A stretch of 64,000 nt of DNA from Longimicrobiales bacterium (GCA_965202985.1 CBDBCF010000001.1:672001-736000); one strand, 5' to 3'. Shown: positions 20,142-30,457, numbered from the stretch's first letter. Numbers and translations are program-made. Notes: generated by a model from the sequence alone, not told the origin.

Positions 20142-20176
20142 CATCTGGGGTGTCCTCAGCATCTGGGTGTCCTCAG
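20142..20176 (-). promoter_or_regulatory. Tandem 17/18-bp duplication containing RBS and ATG (CTGAGGACACCC[C]AGATG x2)
   Basis: Plus strand catctggggtgtcctcag then catctgggtgtcctcag; each unit places GAGG 8-9 nt before an ATG. Confidence 0.7.
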
Positions 20177-20240
20177 CGTCCAAAGCGGTATCTGTCCTAT
20201 GCCTAACCTAACGTAAACTGGGGAAGATTCGGCGTTCACT

Positions 20241-21023
20241 TCAACGGCGGCGGCGTACCGGCGGGAGATCGTCGCCCTGGTCCGCTCGGGACGGTCGCCG
20301 GAGGCCGTGGCCCGCGCCGGACGGCCCGGCCAGCACGCGCGCTCCGTCGGGCACCCGAAAGACGAACAGGTCGGGCTTGATCTGCGGCGCAAAGTCCAGG
20401 TCCGCCAGGTCCATGGTGCGGACGCTTCCGTTCTCCTGGTGCACTTCCAGCCGGCGGATCACGTGCTCCTCCCGGTCGAGCCAGACTCTGGCCCGGTGAA
20501 AGGCGGCCCGGCCTTGGGGCTCGAGCTCCACGATGCGGCAGTTCCGACCCGCCACGACCTCCGATCCTCCGTCCGAGGCACGGTACTTCGCGCCCGGGTC
20601 CTCCAGAAACGCCCGAAACACGTCGTAGCGCCCCGGGGCCGTCGCCGCCGGGTACCGCACCACTTGGTCCTCTTCCACGCTGGGGTAGTAGACCCAGACG
20701 TGTTCGCCGTCGGACACCACCATGTCGCCATCGGGATCGTCGAAGCGCATGGAGAACAGATTCGGGCGCCGTTGGCATACGCGGCCGGCGCTCTCGACCC
20801 GGCGCCCCAAAAGACGCACTTCGACGACTTGGCGGAACGTCGCGCACACGGCGTCGACGCCTCGGTAGCGCGCGGCGGCGTCTTCCATGGCCCGAACGGC
20901 GTCGTTCGCGCCGGATCCGGTGCCGCCGGGCGGCTGGGCGCGCGCAAGGCCGGGGAGCACGGTCGCCACGCAGAGCGCGACGCAACCGGTCGCCGCCCGG
21001 AGCGCACGTCTCAACTGGGGCAT
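20241..21023 (-). CDS. lolA: Outer-membrane lipoprotein carrier LolA family (C-terminal tail runs into the cassette element)
   Basis: Signal peptide, ATFRQ, RPNLFSMRF..PDG..VVSDG..VWVYYP, F.F.VP.GA.V; follows ftsK. Confidence 0.85.
   Translation of the reverse strand: MPQLRRALRAATGCVALCVATVLPGLARAQPPGGTGSGANDAVRAMEDAAARYRGVDAVCATFRQVVEVRLLGRRVESAGRVCQRRPNLFSMRFDDPDGDMVVSDGEHVWVYYPSVEEDQVVRYPAATAPGRYDVFRAFLEDPGAKYRASDGGSEVVAGRNCRIVELEPQGRAAFHRARVWLDREEHVIRRLEVHQENGSVRTMDLADLDFAPQIKPDLFVFRVPDGARVLAGPSGAGHGLRRPSRADQGDDLPPVRRRR
20251..20311 (+). mobile_element. Remnant resembling IS3-family transposase orfA, identical to 54071..54131
   Basis: Translates AYRREIVALVRSGRSPEAVA; 61-bp identity to the second copy checked by eye. 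Confidence 0.65.
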
Positions 21024-23458
21024 ATCTCGTCCAGGCCGGCGGGACCGACCAGCACTTCCCGCGGCTTGGAACCGTCGGGGGGGCCCAGCACGCCGGCTTC
21101 GTGCAGCTGGTCCACGATCCGCGCGGCCCGCCCGTAGCCGATCCGTAGCCGGCGCTGGAGCAGAGACGTGGAGCCGGCGCCCTGCTGGATGCAGGCGTGG
21201 GCGGCCTCCCGGAAGAGGTCGTCCCAGTCTCCCTGGATCGTGCCCTCTTCGCCTTCTTCGTCGCCGCCCTCCGCCGCCCGCACGGCCTCCAGGATGTCGT
21301 CTTCGGCAAGGGCAACCCGGGCCTTGATCGCTTCCAGCGTGTCGGACTGCTCGCGATACCAGCCCATGAGGGCCTCGGTCTCCTCGGTGGAGATGAAGGC
21401 GCCCTGCATACGGACGGGTTCGCTATGGCCGGGCGGCAGAAAGAGCATGTCGCCGTGGCCCAGCAGCGAGTCGGCGCCGTTCTGGTCCAGGATCGTGCGC
21501 GAATCGGTCTTGGAGGCCACGCGAAAGGCGATCCGGCAGGGAAAGTTGGCCTTGATCAGGCCGGTGATGACGTTGACGCTGGGCCGTTGCGTGGCCACCA
21601 GCAAGTGGATGCCGATCGCGCGCGCCTTCTGGGCCAGCTGGGTCAGCGGCTTCTCGACTTCGGCCTGGACGGACATCATCAGGTCCGCCAGCTCGTCCAA
21701 GACGACGACCACATAGGGAAGCGGTCCTTCTTCGTACACCCAGCGCTCCGGGTCGCCCTCGGGTCCGGCCGGCTCGCTGCGTCGGAGCACGACGCCGTTC
21801 TCGACCCGCTGGTTGAACTCCTTCAGCGAGCGGACGCCGTTGGCGCTCAACAGGGCGTAGCGCCGCTCCATCTCCAGCACGGCCCACTTCAGCACGCCCG
21901 CGGCGTCCTTCGGGTCGGTCACGACGGGGTGGCGAAGGTGGGGAAGGTCGGCGTAGGCGGACAGCTCCACCATCTTGGGGTCGATCAGCAGCAGGCGCAG
22001 GCGGTCCGGGCCGTTCCGGTACACCAAGCTGGTGATGATCGTGTTGAGGCAGACGGACTTGCCCGAGCCGGTGGCGCCGGCGATCAGGCCGTGCGGCATC
22101 TTGCCCAGGTCGGTGACGAAGGGATGGCCGGTCAGGTCCTTGCCCAGCGCCAGCGGCAGCACGCCCCCGGCGCGGGCGAAGGCGGGCGCTTCCAGGATCT
22201 CCCGCAGCCGCACCATCTCCGGGCGCGGGTTGGGGATCTCGACGCCCACGGCCCCCTTGCCGGGGATCGGCGCCACGATGCGAACGCTCGTGGCCTTCAT
22301 GGCCAGGGCCAAGTCCGCGTCCAGGTTCGCGATCCGGCTGACCTTGACGCCGGCCGCGGGCACGACCTCGAACTGGGTCACCGCCGGCCCGGTCGTCCGA
22401 CCCCCGATCTCGGACTGGATGTTGAAGGTGCCCAGGGTCTCGACCAGGACCTCGCCAAGCCGGTCCAGCTCGGCCTCCATGTCCTGACGGTTCTTGGGTT
22501 CCGGCGGCGCCAGCAGATCGATGGCGGGCAAAGGATGGTCGCCGGGGGCCGGCTCGTCTTCCGGGAAGGAGTCCGGGTTCGAGACGGACTCCTCGGCCGG
22601 CGGCAGATACCCGCTGGCCGGGGGCTCGGCAGGCCCCGCTTCCGTCCAGGGCGCCGCGCTGGGCGACAGCGACTCCTGTCCCCCGGACTCCGAAGCGGCC
22701 GGCTCCGACGCCCAGGGCTCGGGTTCGCCGGCCAGCTCGTGTTCCGGGAGCGTCTTTCTTTCCTTTCGGCGCCCAGCGGCAGGCCTTCTTCGTTCTTTTA
22801 AGCTGGCGAACGCCGATCCCGCGGCAGAGCGTGCCGAGCGAGCGCCGCGGCTCAATCCGCGGGCGGACGCCGCGATGCCGGCAACGGCCAGCCCTGCCGG
22901 ATTGAAGCCGAAAGCGGCCACCGACAGGGCGACCCAGCCGGCGCCTGCCAGGAACATCACGCCAAACCATCCGACCACGCCGCACAGGGGCATCCCCAGG
23001 AGCCGGGCGCCAAGGTACCCGGTCGCCTCCACGCGCCGAGAGGCCGGCGCGCACGCCTCGACCGGCAACGGAGGGGCCAAGTAGGCCGTGAAGGGCAGCA
23101 GAAGCAGCAGCCCGCCCGTCAGGATCCAGGCCCGCTTCCGCAGTTCGGGCGATCCCCATCGGCCGAACGCCGCAGCAGCCGCCAGCAGACCGAGCGGGAC
23201 CGCCGCGGCCCCAAGTCCCAGCGCTCCCACGAGCGCGTCTCGAAGGGCTTGTCCGGCCCGCCCCAGCGGATTGCCCGGCGGCAGCAGACCCAGCGCGTCG
23301 AACGGGAACAGAGCCACGGCAACCAGAAACGCTGCAACCCCGGCTACGGCCGCGAACGCCCGGTCCGGCCCTCCTCCTCCGCGAGCCGCGGCGCCCTTTG
23401 CGTTCTTCCGTCGTCCGCCCGCGCGCGCGACGCCCTTGGTCGTCCGTCGCGACGCCAT
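21011..23458 (-). CDS. ftsK: DNA translocase FtsK/SpoIIIE
   Basis: N-terminal TM segments, GATGSGKSV Walker A, LIDPKMVEL, ATQRPSVNVITG, gamma domain STSLLQRRLRIGYGRAA. Confidence 0.95.
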   Translation of the reverse strand: MASRRTTKGVARAGGRRKNAKGAAARGGGGPDRAFAAVAGVAAFLVAVALFPFDALGLLPPGNPLGRAGQALRDALVGALGLGAAAVPLGLLAAAAAFGRWGSPELRKRAWILTGGLLLLLPFTAYLAPPLPVEACAPASRRVEATGYLGARLLGMPLCGVVGWFGVMFLAGAGWVALSVAAFGFNPAGLAVAGIAASARGLSRGARSARSAAGSAFASLKERRRPAAGRRKERKTLPEHELAGEPEPWASEPAASESGGQESLSPSAAPWTEAGPAEPPASGYLPPAEESVSNPDSFPEDEPAPGDHPLPAIDLLAPPEPKNRQDMEAELDRLGEVLVETLGTFNIQSEIGGRTTGPAVTQFEVVPAAGVKVSRIANLDADLALAMKATSVRIVAPIPGKGAVGVEIPNPRPEMVRLREILEAPAFARAGGVLPLALGKDLTGHPFVTDLGKMPHGLIAGATGSGKSVCLNTIITSLVYRNGPDRLRLLLIDPKMVELSAYADLPHLRHPVVTDPKDAAGVLKWAVLEMERRYALLSANGVRSLKEFNQRVENGVVLRRSEPAGPEGDPERWVYEEGPLPYVVVVLDELADLMMSVQAEVEKPLTQLAQKARAIGIHLLVATQRPSVNVITGLIKANFPCRIAFRVASKTDSRTILDQNGADSLLGHGDMLFLPPGHSEPVRMQGAFISTEETEALMGWYREQSDTLEAIKARVALAEDDILEAVRAAEGGDEEGEEGTIQGDWDDLFREAAHACIQQGAGSTSLLQRRLRIGYGRAARIVDQLHEAGVLGPPDGSKPREVLVGPAGLDEICPS

Positions 23459-24238
23459 CTAGTCGCGGCCGACGGTGATTGCGCGGTCGTGCAGCACGGG
23501 CACGATCGCGTGCCTGTCGACAGCGGCGCAAAGGGCCAAGTCCCCGCCCAGGCCGACCTCCACCAGGGCGCGTCCGGCGGCGGTGGCTCCGAAGGTCTCC
23601 TTGGACGGCTCAAAGTCGCTGGCCAGCTGCGCCGCCGCCAAGGCCGAATCGTCCAGCTCGGCTTCGTCGTCTCCGCCTTCGGCCAGCAGCCGCCGGACCA
23701 AGTGCCCGGCGCAGACCGCATCGTCCAACGAGAAGCGTCCCTCCTTGCCGGCGCACACCACGACGATCCTGCGATCCCCGGCCAGCGCGTCCACCACGGC
23801 CCCCAGGTTCAGGAACGACGCGGCCAGGATCCGGTCGGCCCCTCGGGTGGCCAGAAAGGCGCGGGTCCCGTTGGTGGTGGTCATGATCAGCTGCTTGTCC
23901 GCCACCACTTCCTTCGCGAACTCCGACGGCGAGTTACCCAAGTCGAAGCCGTCTATGGGCAAGCCCCTGCGCTCGCCGCACAGCAACGTCCCCTCTCGGT
24001 CCAGCGAGCCGTGCAGCTCCATGGCGTGCTCGATCGACTCGGTGGGAAAGACGGCTCGCGCCCCGTTGGCCAGCGCCTCCACCATCGACGACGTGGCCCG
24101 CAACACGTCGATCACGACCGCCGCGCGTCCCTCGACGCCGGAAGCGGAGAGGCGCGCCGGCGTGAAGAAGACGTTCACCTTCCTCCGAAGCGCGGGCGTC
24201 GGAGGCGCCGGCTCCCGGAGCGCGGCCGATTCAGCCAT
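23459..24238 (-). CDS. comB: 2-phosphosulfolactate phosphatase family
   Basis: [38 protein letters not shown]. Confidence 0.9.
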   Translation of the reverse strand: MAESAALREPAPPTPALRRKVNVFFTPARLSASGVEGRAAVVIDVLRATSSMVEALANGARAVFPTESIEHAMELHGSLDREGTLLCGERRGLPIDGFDLGNSPSEFAKEVVADKQLIMTTTNGTRAFLATRGADRILAASFLNLGAVVDALAGDRRIVVVCAGKEGRFSLDDAVCAGHLVRRLLAEGGDDEAELDDSALAAAQLASDFEPSKETFGATAAGRALVEVGLGGDLALCAAVDRHAIVPVLHDRAITVGRD

Positions 24239-25580
24239 CGCCGTTCGCGAAACGGTCCACGAAGCTGGTGTCCACGTCGCCCTCCTGGAACGCCGGGTCG
24301 CGGGTGATGCGGGAAAGGTAGCCGATGGTGGTGGGAATCCCCTCCACTACGAACGACTCCAACGCCTCGCGGCCTCGGGCCACCGCTTCCTGCCGCGAGT
24401 TGCCCCACACCACCAGCTTGGCCAGGAGCGAGTCGTAGTACGGCGGAACCCGATACCCGGAGTAGACGTGCGTGTCCACGCGAACGCCCGGGCCGCCGGG
24501 CTGGTGGAAGGTCGTGACTTCGCCCGGCGCCGGCGCGAACGCCCGGGACGGGTCCTCCGCGTTGACGCGGAACTCGATGGCGTGGCCCCGGTGAACCACG
24601 CCGTCCTCCGGAACCGAAAGCGCTTGGCCCGCCGCGACCCGGACCTGCTCCTTCACCAGATCGAAGCCCGTGACGGCCTCGGTCACCGGGTGCTCGACCT
24701 GGATGCGCGTGTTCATCTCGATGAAGAAGAACCGGCCGTCCCCGTCCAAGAGGAACTCGACCGTGCCCGCCCCCACGTAGCCGATGGCGCTCGCGGCCCG
24801 GACCGCCGCGTCGCCCATTTCGCTGCGCAGTTCCGGCGTCAGGGCGGGCGAAGGGGCCTCTTCCACGAGCTTCTGGTGGCGGCGCTGGATCGAGCAGTCC
24901 CGCTCGCCCAGGTGCACGACGCGGCCGGCTTGGTCGCCGAACACCTGGAACTCCACGTGGCGGGGCCGCGAGACGAAGCGCTCAAGGTAGACGCCTCCGT
25001 CCCCGAACGCGGCGGCCGCCTCGGACTGCGCCGCGCCGAAGCAGCGGGCGAAGGCGTGCTCGTCTTCGGCCAAGCGCATCCCCTTGCCGCCGCCGCCGGC
25101 CGCCGCCTTGATCATCACGGGGAACCCGATCTCCCGCGCCGTTGCACGCGCCTCTTCTTCGGTCTCCACGATGCCCTCGGAGCCCGGCACCACGGGCACG
25201 TCCGCACGCTGCATGGCCGCCCTGGCCGCCGCCTTGTCGCCCATCGTGCGGATCTGCTCCGGCGAAGGCCCGACGAACACCAGATCGGAGCGCTCGCAGA
25301 TCTCGGCGAACTCGGCGTTCTCGGCCAAGAAGCCGTAGCCGGGGTGGACGGCCTCGGCCCCGGTGATCTCCGCCGCGGCCACGATCTGCGGAATGTTCAG
25401 GTACGACCGCGACGCCTGGGGCGGGCCGATGCACACGGCTTCGTCGGCGAACCGCACATGCAGCGACTCCCGATCGGCCTCGGAATGAACCGCGACGGTC
25501 TTGACGCCCAGCTCCCGGCAGGCGCGCACCACACGGAGCGCGATCTCGCCCCGATTTGCGATCAGCACCTTCCTGAACAC
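24231..25580 (-). CDS. accC: Acetyl-CoA carboxylase, biotin carboxylase subunit
   Basis: [43 protein letters not shown]. Confidence 0.95.
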   Translation of the reverse strand: MFRKVLIANRGEIALRVVRACRELGVKTVAVHSEADRESLHVRFADEAVCIGPPQASRSYLNIPQIVAAAEITGAEAVHPGYGFLAENAEFAEICERSDLVFVGPSPEQIRTMGDKAAARAAMQRADVPVVPGSEGIVETEEEARATAREIGFPVMIKAAAGGGGKGMRLAEDEHAFARCFGAAQSEAAAAFGDGGVYLERFVSRPRHVEFQVFGDQAGRVVHLGERDCSIQRRHQKLVEEAPSPALTPELRSEMGDAAVRAASAIGYVGAGTVEFLLDGDGRFFFIEMNTRIQVEHPVTEAVTGFDLVKEQVRVAAGQALSVPEDGVVHRGHAIEFRVNAEDPSRAFAPAPGEVTTFHQPGGPGVRVDTHVYSGYRVPPYYDSLLAKLVVWGNSRQEAVARGREALESFVVEGIPTTIGYLSRITRDPAFQEGDVDTSFVDRFANGDG

Positions 25581-25600
25581 GACTGGCAGGGCTCCCGGCG

Positions 25601-26104
25601 TCAGGCCGGTTCGACCCGGAAGAGAACCTGTCCGAAGTCCACGGGCTCGGCGTTGCCGACGCACACCTCCACGATCCGGCCCGGAGCCTCGCACTCCAGC
25701 TCGTTCATGAGCTTCATCGCCTCGATGACGCACAGCACGTCGCCGGCTTCCACGGAATCGCCCGTCCTGACGTAGGGGTCCGCCTCCGGCGACGGCGCGC
25801 GATAGAACGTGCCCACCATGGGCGACACGACCTCCAAGAGCCCGGTCGAGGGGGCGTCGTCGGGCGCAGCGTCGTCGGGCGGGGCGGCGCTCCCGGGCGC
25901 AGGGGCCGGCGACCCGGGCGCAACCGGCGCGGGAAGGGCCGGGGTCGTTGCTCCGTGCTGGGGCGCGGACGAAACCGTCGGCGGGTATCCGGAAGGGGAC
26001 TTGGACAGGCGGACGCGCGTGCCGCCGCGCTCGATCTCCAAGCTGTCCAACGAAGACTCGTCGAGGAGCCGAACCAGCGACTCCAGGTACTCTCGGTCGA
26101 TCAT
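25601..26104 (-). CDS. accB: Biotin carboxyl carrier protein
   Basis: SPMVGTFY and EAMKLMNE biotinylation motif; Pro/Ala linker. Confidence 0.95.
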   Translation of the reverse strand: MIDREYLESLVRLLDESSLDSLEIERGGTRVRLSKSPSGYPPTVSSAPQHGATTPALPAPVAPGSPAPAPGSAAPPDDAAPDDAPSTGLLEVVSPMVGTFYRAPSPEADPYVRTGDSVEAGDVLCVIEAMKLMNELECEAPGRIVEVCVGNAEPVDFGQVLFRVEPA

Positions 26105-26682
26105 CCGCCGACGCGGGACCCGCCGACCCGAGACAGATACTTGTCCTCGCGACGGTCGATCTTGAGCACGTCGCCCACGTCCACGAACAGGGGAACCTGG
26201 ACGACCGCGCCCGTCTCCAGCGACGCGGGCTTGGTGGCCCCTTGGGCGGTGTCGCCCTTGTAGCCCGGGTCGGTCTGGGCGACTTCGAGCTCGACGAACG
26301 CCGGCAGCTCCACGCTGATCACGTTGCCGTCGTGGACCAGCCCCTCGCACTCCATGTTCTCCTTCAAGTACTTCAACTGGCCCGCGCCCAGCATCTCGCG
26401 GCTGATGGGAATCATGTCCCACGTCTCCTGGTCCATGAAGTGGTACAGCTGGCCGTCGGTGTACGAATACGTGACCGGGCGGCGCTCCAGCCGGACGCTG
26501 GCAACCCGTTCGCCGGCCCGGAACGTGCGGTCCACGACCGCCCCGGAGAGCACGTTCTTGAGCTTGGTGCGCACGAAGGCGCCGCCCTTGCCGGGCTTGA
26601 CGTGCTGGAAGTAGGTGATCGTCCAGAGGTCGCCTTCGATCTCCAGCACCATGCCGTTGCGGAAGTCCGCGGTGGTCGCCAT
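26101..26682 (-). CDS. efp: Elongation factor P
   Basis: [30 protein letters not shown]. Confidence 0.95.
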   Translation of the reverse strand: MATTADFRNGMVLEIEGDLWTITYFQHVKPGKGGAFVRTKLKNVLSGAVVDRTFRAGERVASVRLERRPVTYSYTDGQLYHFMDQETWDMIPISREMLGAGQLKYLKENMECEGLVHDGNVISVELPAFVELEVAQTDPGYKGDTAQGATKPASLETGAVVQVPLFVDVGDVLKIDRREDKYLSRVGGSRVGG

Positions 26683-26717
26683 TCGCGGTCGTGGTTCGTT
26701 GCGCGTCGCGGAAGGAG

Positions 26718-27173
26718 TCAGGCCGGCGGGTTGCGCTGCGCGGCCAAGTGGTTGCAGAGACACCGCAAACCCGAAAGATAGCTGTCCAGGCCGAAGCCTG
26801 CGACCACGCCCAGCGCCGCCGGGGCGATCAGCGAGCGGCGCCGGAACGACTCTCGGGCGGCGGGGTTGCTCAGGTGAACCTCCACGAAGGGCTTGGACAC
26901 AGCAAGGAGTCCGTCCAAGAGGGCGACCGACGTGTGCCCCAGCCCGGCGGGGTTCACCACGAGGCCGTCCACGCGGTCCGCCGTCCGCGCCAGAAAGTCC
27001 AGGATCCGCCCTTCGGAGTTGGACTGGAAGACCTCCAGCTCCACGCCTAGGTGCTCGGCCAAGTCGGCCATCGCCCGGTTCACGTCGTCCAGGGTTCGAC
27101 GGCCGTAGATCTCGGGTTCGCGCGTGCCCAGAAGGTTGAGGTTCGGACCGTGCACGACCGCCACGCGGGTCAG
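26718..27173 (-). CDS. aroQ: Type II 3-dehydroquinate dehydratase (start approximate)
   Basis: GPNLNLLGTREPEIYG, FQSNSEG, NPAG, EVHLSN. Confidence 0.92.
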   Translation of the reverse strand: MTRVAVVHGPNLNLLGTREPEIYGRRTLDDVNRAMADLAEHLGVELEVFQSNSEGRILDFLARTADRVDGLVVNPAGLGHTSVALLDGLLAVSKPFVEVHLSNPAARESFRRRSLIAPAALGVVAGFGLDSYLSGLRCLCNHLAAQRNPPA

Positions 27174-27491
27174 TCGGTCGCTGGGCCGTTGGCGCGGAGC
27201 GTCGGGCCGGCTGGGATCGTCGGGCAAGCGGAACCTTGGGTGCGGAAAGGATGGCCGGGCGCGCCCCTGGAGTCGGCGGGCGGCGTGCGGGACCTGCGGA
27301 CGCTTGCGGGGAGAGCAGGCGGCTTGCAGGTCGGGAGTCCGGCGGCTCGGCGACGCCAAGCCGGCGAAAGTTAGTGGCCGGCCGCGCCGAGGGGCAAACG
27401 CCCCGCTCGAACGCGCCGCTTTCTTGGACGCGGGCCGCGGATGCGGCTAGATTTGGCGTTCCATGGGTTCGAGACAGGAGGCGGCGTCGGC

Positions 27492-29330
27492 ATGATGCGG
27501 CAGATGCGGGACAACACGAAGTGGATCATGATGCTGGCGGCGCTCGCCTTCGGGGGACTCATGTTCTTCGAGTGGGGCATGGACATCACGGGCCAGACGT
27601 CCGGATCGTTCGGCGAGATCGGTCGGGTCAACGGCGAGTCCGTCGGCTACGACCGGTACATGGCCGAGTACCGAAACATCTACGACCGCGTGCAGGCGAC
27701 CCAGGAAGAGCCGATCACCAACGCCCGGAACGCCGAGCTGGAAGACCAAGCGTGGGACGCGGTGGTCAACTCGATCCTCGTCCAGCAGGAGTTGGAGCGC
27801 AGGCGGATCATCGTCTCGGACGAGGAGATCCTGAACGCGGCGCGGTTCAGCCCGCCGCAGGACTTCGCCGCGGACCCGGCCTTCCAAACCGACGGCCAGT
27901 TCGACCTGGCCAAGTACCAGCAGTTCGTGGCGGGCGCTCCGGCCGAGTTGCTGATGCAGCTGGAGGGGTACTACCGCGACGTGATCCCGCGCGGGAAGCT
28001 GCTTCGCCAAGTCGCTTTGGGCGTCCACGTGTCCGACGCCCAGCTCTGGCATGCCTTCCGGGACGACAACGAGAAGGCGAGCGTCCGCTACGCCGCCTTC
28101 GACCCGCTCGTTCGCATCAGCGACGACGAGATCGAGGTCACGCCCCAGGAGGTCTCGCGCCACTACCGCGACAACCGCGAGGACTACGCGGTGCCGGCCA
28201 CGGCGGCGGTGATCTCCGTGGCGCTGTCCAAGACGCCCACGGCGGCGGACACGGCCGCGGTGCTGGACCGGGCGGCGGAGATCCGGCAATCCGTCCTGGA
28301 CGGGGACGACTTCGCGGAGCTGGCTCGGCAGGAGTCCTCCGACGAAGGCACGGCGGCGGCGGGCGGGGACCTGGGCGTGTTTCCCAAGGGACGCATGGTT
28401 GCTGCGTTCGACTCGGTCGTGTTCTCGGCCCGTCCTGGGCAGATCGCCGAGCCGGTGCGGACCCAGTTCGGCGTGCACGTGATCGAGGTGCAGGAGCGGT
28501 GGGGTCAGGATTCGGCCCAGGCCCGCCACGTCCTGCTTCCGTTCGAACGGACCGACGAGTCCGATTTCGCCCTTCTCTCCATGGCCGATTCCTTGGAGGA
28601 GCTGGGCGAGTCCATGCCCCTCGCGGAGGCCGCGACGGTCCTGGGGTTGGAGACGGACACCTTGGAGATCACCGACAACTTTCCGCTGGTACCGGGAGCC
28701 GGACAGGTGGCCGAAGGCGGCGAGTGGGCCTTCGACCCCGAGACGCTGCCGGGCGACGTGAGTCCGGTGTTCGAGAACGGGGCGGCGTTCTACGCCCTGG
28801 AGCTGACCTCGGTCGATCCGGCCGGCTACCTGACCGAGGCCGAGGCGGAAACAGCGATCCGCCAGACGCTGTCGACCGAGAAGAAGCTGGCGGCGGCGAT
28901 GGAGGAGGCGCGGGCCGTGGCCGCCGACGTGCGGGGCGGCCGTTCGTTGGACGAGGTGGCTCGCGAGAACGGCTTGGAAGTGCGGGACGCGGGTCCCTTC
29001 AGCCGGGGCGAGTTCGTTCCCGGGCTGGGCTACCGCAACGCCGCCGTCGGGACCGCGTTCGGGTTGGAAGTTGGAGAGGTCTCGGACGCCGTGCAGGCCA
29101 ATCAGAACGCCTTCGTGATCGAGAAGACGGCGATGGAGGCCGCGGACAGCGCCGCCTGGGCCGCGCAGATCGACGTGCAGAGAAGCCAAGCCGCGGCCGC
29201 GGTCCGGGAACAGCGGTTCGTGCAGTGGATCGACGCCCTCAGGGAGACGGCCCGGATCGTGGACCGTCGCGAAGAAGTGTTGGCCCCCGCCGACGAGGAC
29301 GCGCCGCCGGGCCTTCCGCCGGTCTTCTAG
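27492..29330 (+). CDS. SurA/PpiD-like periplasmic chaperone / parvulin peptidylprolyl isomerase
   Basis: MMRQMR plus N-terminal TM, VNGESV, FAELARQESSD, GGDLG.F, TQFGVHVI; AGGAGG RBS. Confidence 0.85.
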   Translation: MMRQMRDNTKWIMMLAALAFGGLMFFEWGMDITGQTSGSFGEIGRVNGESVGYDRYMAEYRNIYDRVQATQEEPITNARNAELEDQAWDAVVNSILVQQELERRRIIVSDEEILNAARFSPPQDFAADPAFQTDGQFDLAKYQQFVAGAPAELLMQLEGYYRDVIPRGKLLRQVALGVHVSDAQLWHAFRDDNEKASVRYAAFDPLVRISDDEIEVTPQEVSRHYRDNREDYAVPATAAVISVALSKTPTAADTAAVLDRAAEIRQSVLDGDDFAELARQESSDEGTAAAGGDLGVFPKGRMVAAFDSVVFSARPGQIAEPVRTQFGVHVIEVQERWGQDSAQARHVLLPFERTDESDFALLSMADSLEELGESMPLAEAATVLGLETDTLEITDNFPLVPGAGQVAEGGEWAFDPETLPGDVSPVFENGAAFYALELTSVDPAGYLTEAEAETAIRQTLSTEKKLAAAMEEARAVAADVRGGRSLDEVARENGLEVRDAGPFSRGEFVPGLGYRNAAVGTAFGLEVGEVSDAVQANQNAFVIEKTAMEAADSAAWAAQIDVQRSQAAAAVREQRFVQWIDALRETARIVDRREEVLAPADEDAPPGLPPVF

Positions 29331-29769
29331 CGCTAGAACCAGCCCGAAGTTTTCGCCGTCCGGAACCTGCAGGATCCTTTGTGCGGTAAGGGCGTGGCGC
29401 GGGTTCGCGGGTGCATGCAAGACATCCGGCGAGAAGTTGGTCCCAAGCAGCTATCCAAACGCCCCGTTTTCGGCCCCATCGTTTGGGTATCCGCCCCGAG
29501 AGGCGGCGAGAGCCCCCGCGCCCGAAAGGCCCGCTCGCCCAAATGGACCGACACCGCAACGAAGCCCGACTGCCCGACCACGACCCCGTCGCCCTGGACT
29601 CCCAGGACAACGCGCCCCAAGAGCGCGATCGCCGGCCGGGGAGGAGCAGGCGTCGTTTCGGCGGTCGTTCGCCAAGTGGACGGACGACCGGATGTGGGCG
29701 GCGGGCGTGCCGGCGGAGCGGAGGGCAGTTATCGTGCAGGGGATCATTCAACCAGAGGAGGCGGTGGAG

Positions 29770-30051
29770 ATGGGCCAGACGTACTACGAGGAGTGGGTGG
29801 AGGGACACGAGCGCAGGGGCATGGCGAAGGGCGTGAAGAAGGGCGTGGCCAGGGGTCGCCGGGAGCAGGGCAGGGAGATGGTGCTTCGGCAGGCGTCACG
29901 GAAGTTCGGCGCGGAGACGGCGAAGCGTCTGGAGGGGCTGGTGGCCGCGATGGCTCCCGAGCAGCTGGTGCAGGTGGGCGATGCCGTGGTGGATTGCGAG
30001 ACGGGGGACGACCTGCTGGTCGAGGCGGCCAACGGCGCCTCGGGCTCCTAA
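29770..30051 (+). CDS. Orphan C-terminal fragment of an Rpn-family nuclease/transposase (DUF4351-like, 93 aa)
   Basis: EEW...RGMAKGVKKG..RG..QGREMVLRQASRKFG pattern typical of Rpn C-termini; GAGGAGG upstream of ATG 29770; no nuclease domain upstream. Confidence 0.65.
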   Translation: MGQTYYEEWVEGHERRGMAKGVKKGVARGRREQGREMVLRQASRKFGAETAKRLEGLVAAMAPEQLVQVGDAVVDCETGDDLLVEAANGASGS

Positions 30052-30079
30052 CGCTCGTCCCGGCTTTGGCCCGTTCCTT

Positions 30080-30316
30080 CTACCCGTTCGTCAGCCGACG
30101 GGGGGGGGTGCCCTCGTCCGTTCTGTCCTTCGGGGCCGACGACTGCTCTTCCAGCGGCACCTTGAGTTCGCCTTCGATCTCGCGAACCGAGGACTTGAAC
30201 TCGCGGATGCCCTTGCCCAGAGAGGTTCCGATCTCGGGGAGCCGCTTCGCCCCGAACAGGAGAAGGACGACGACGAAGATCAGGATCATTTCCCACATGC
30301 CGAAATTGAACGGCAT
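30080..30316 (-). CDS. tatA: Twin-arginine translocase TatA/TatE
   Basis: G.WE.ILI..VVLLLFGAKRLPEIG..LGKGIREFK; AGGAGG RBS. Confidence 0.95.
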   Translation of the reverse strand: MPFNFGMWEMILIFVVVLLLFGAKRLPEIGTSLGKGIREFKSSVREIEGELKVPLEEQSSAPKDRTDEGTPPRRLTNG

Positions 30317-30457
30317 AACGGCTACCTCCTTTGGGGACAAACTTCTGGCGGGACGGCGGAAGCGCCCGCTGCCACGGCAAGCTAACCGCACGCGCGCCGC
30401 GGGGCAAGCCGAGCCGCCAGTCGGGAAAGACGGGACGGCCGCGCCTGGGGAGCGCGG

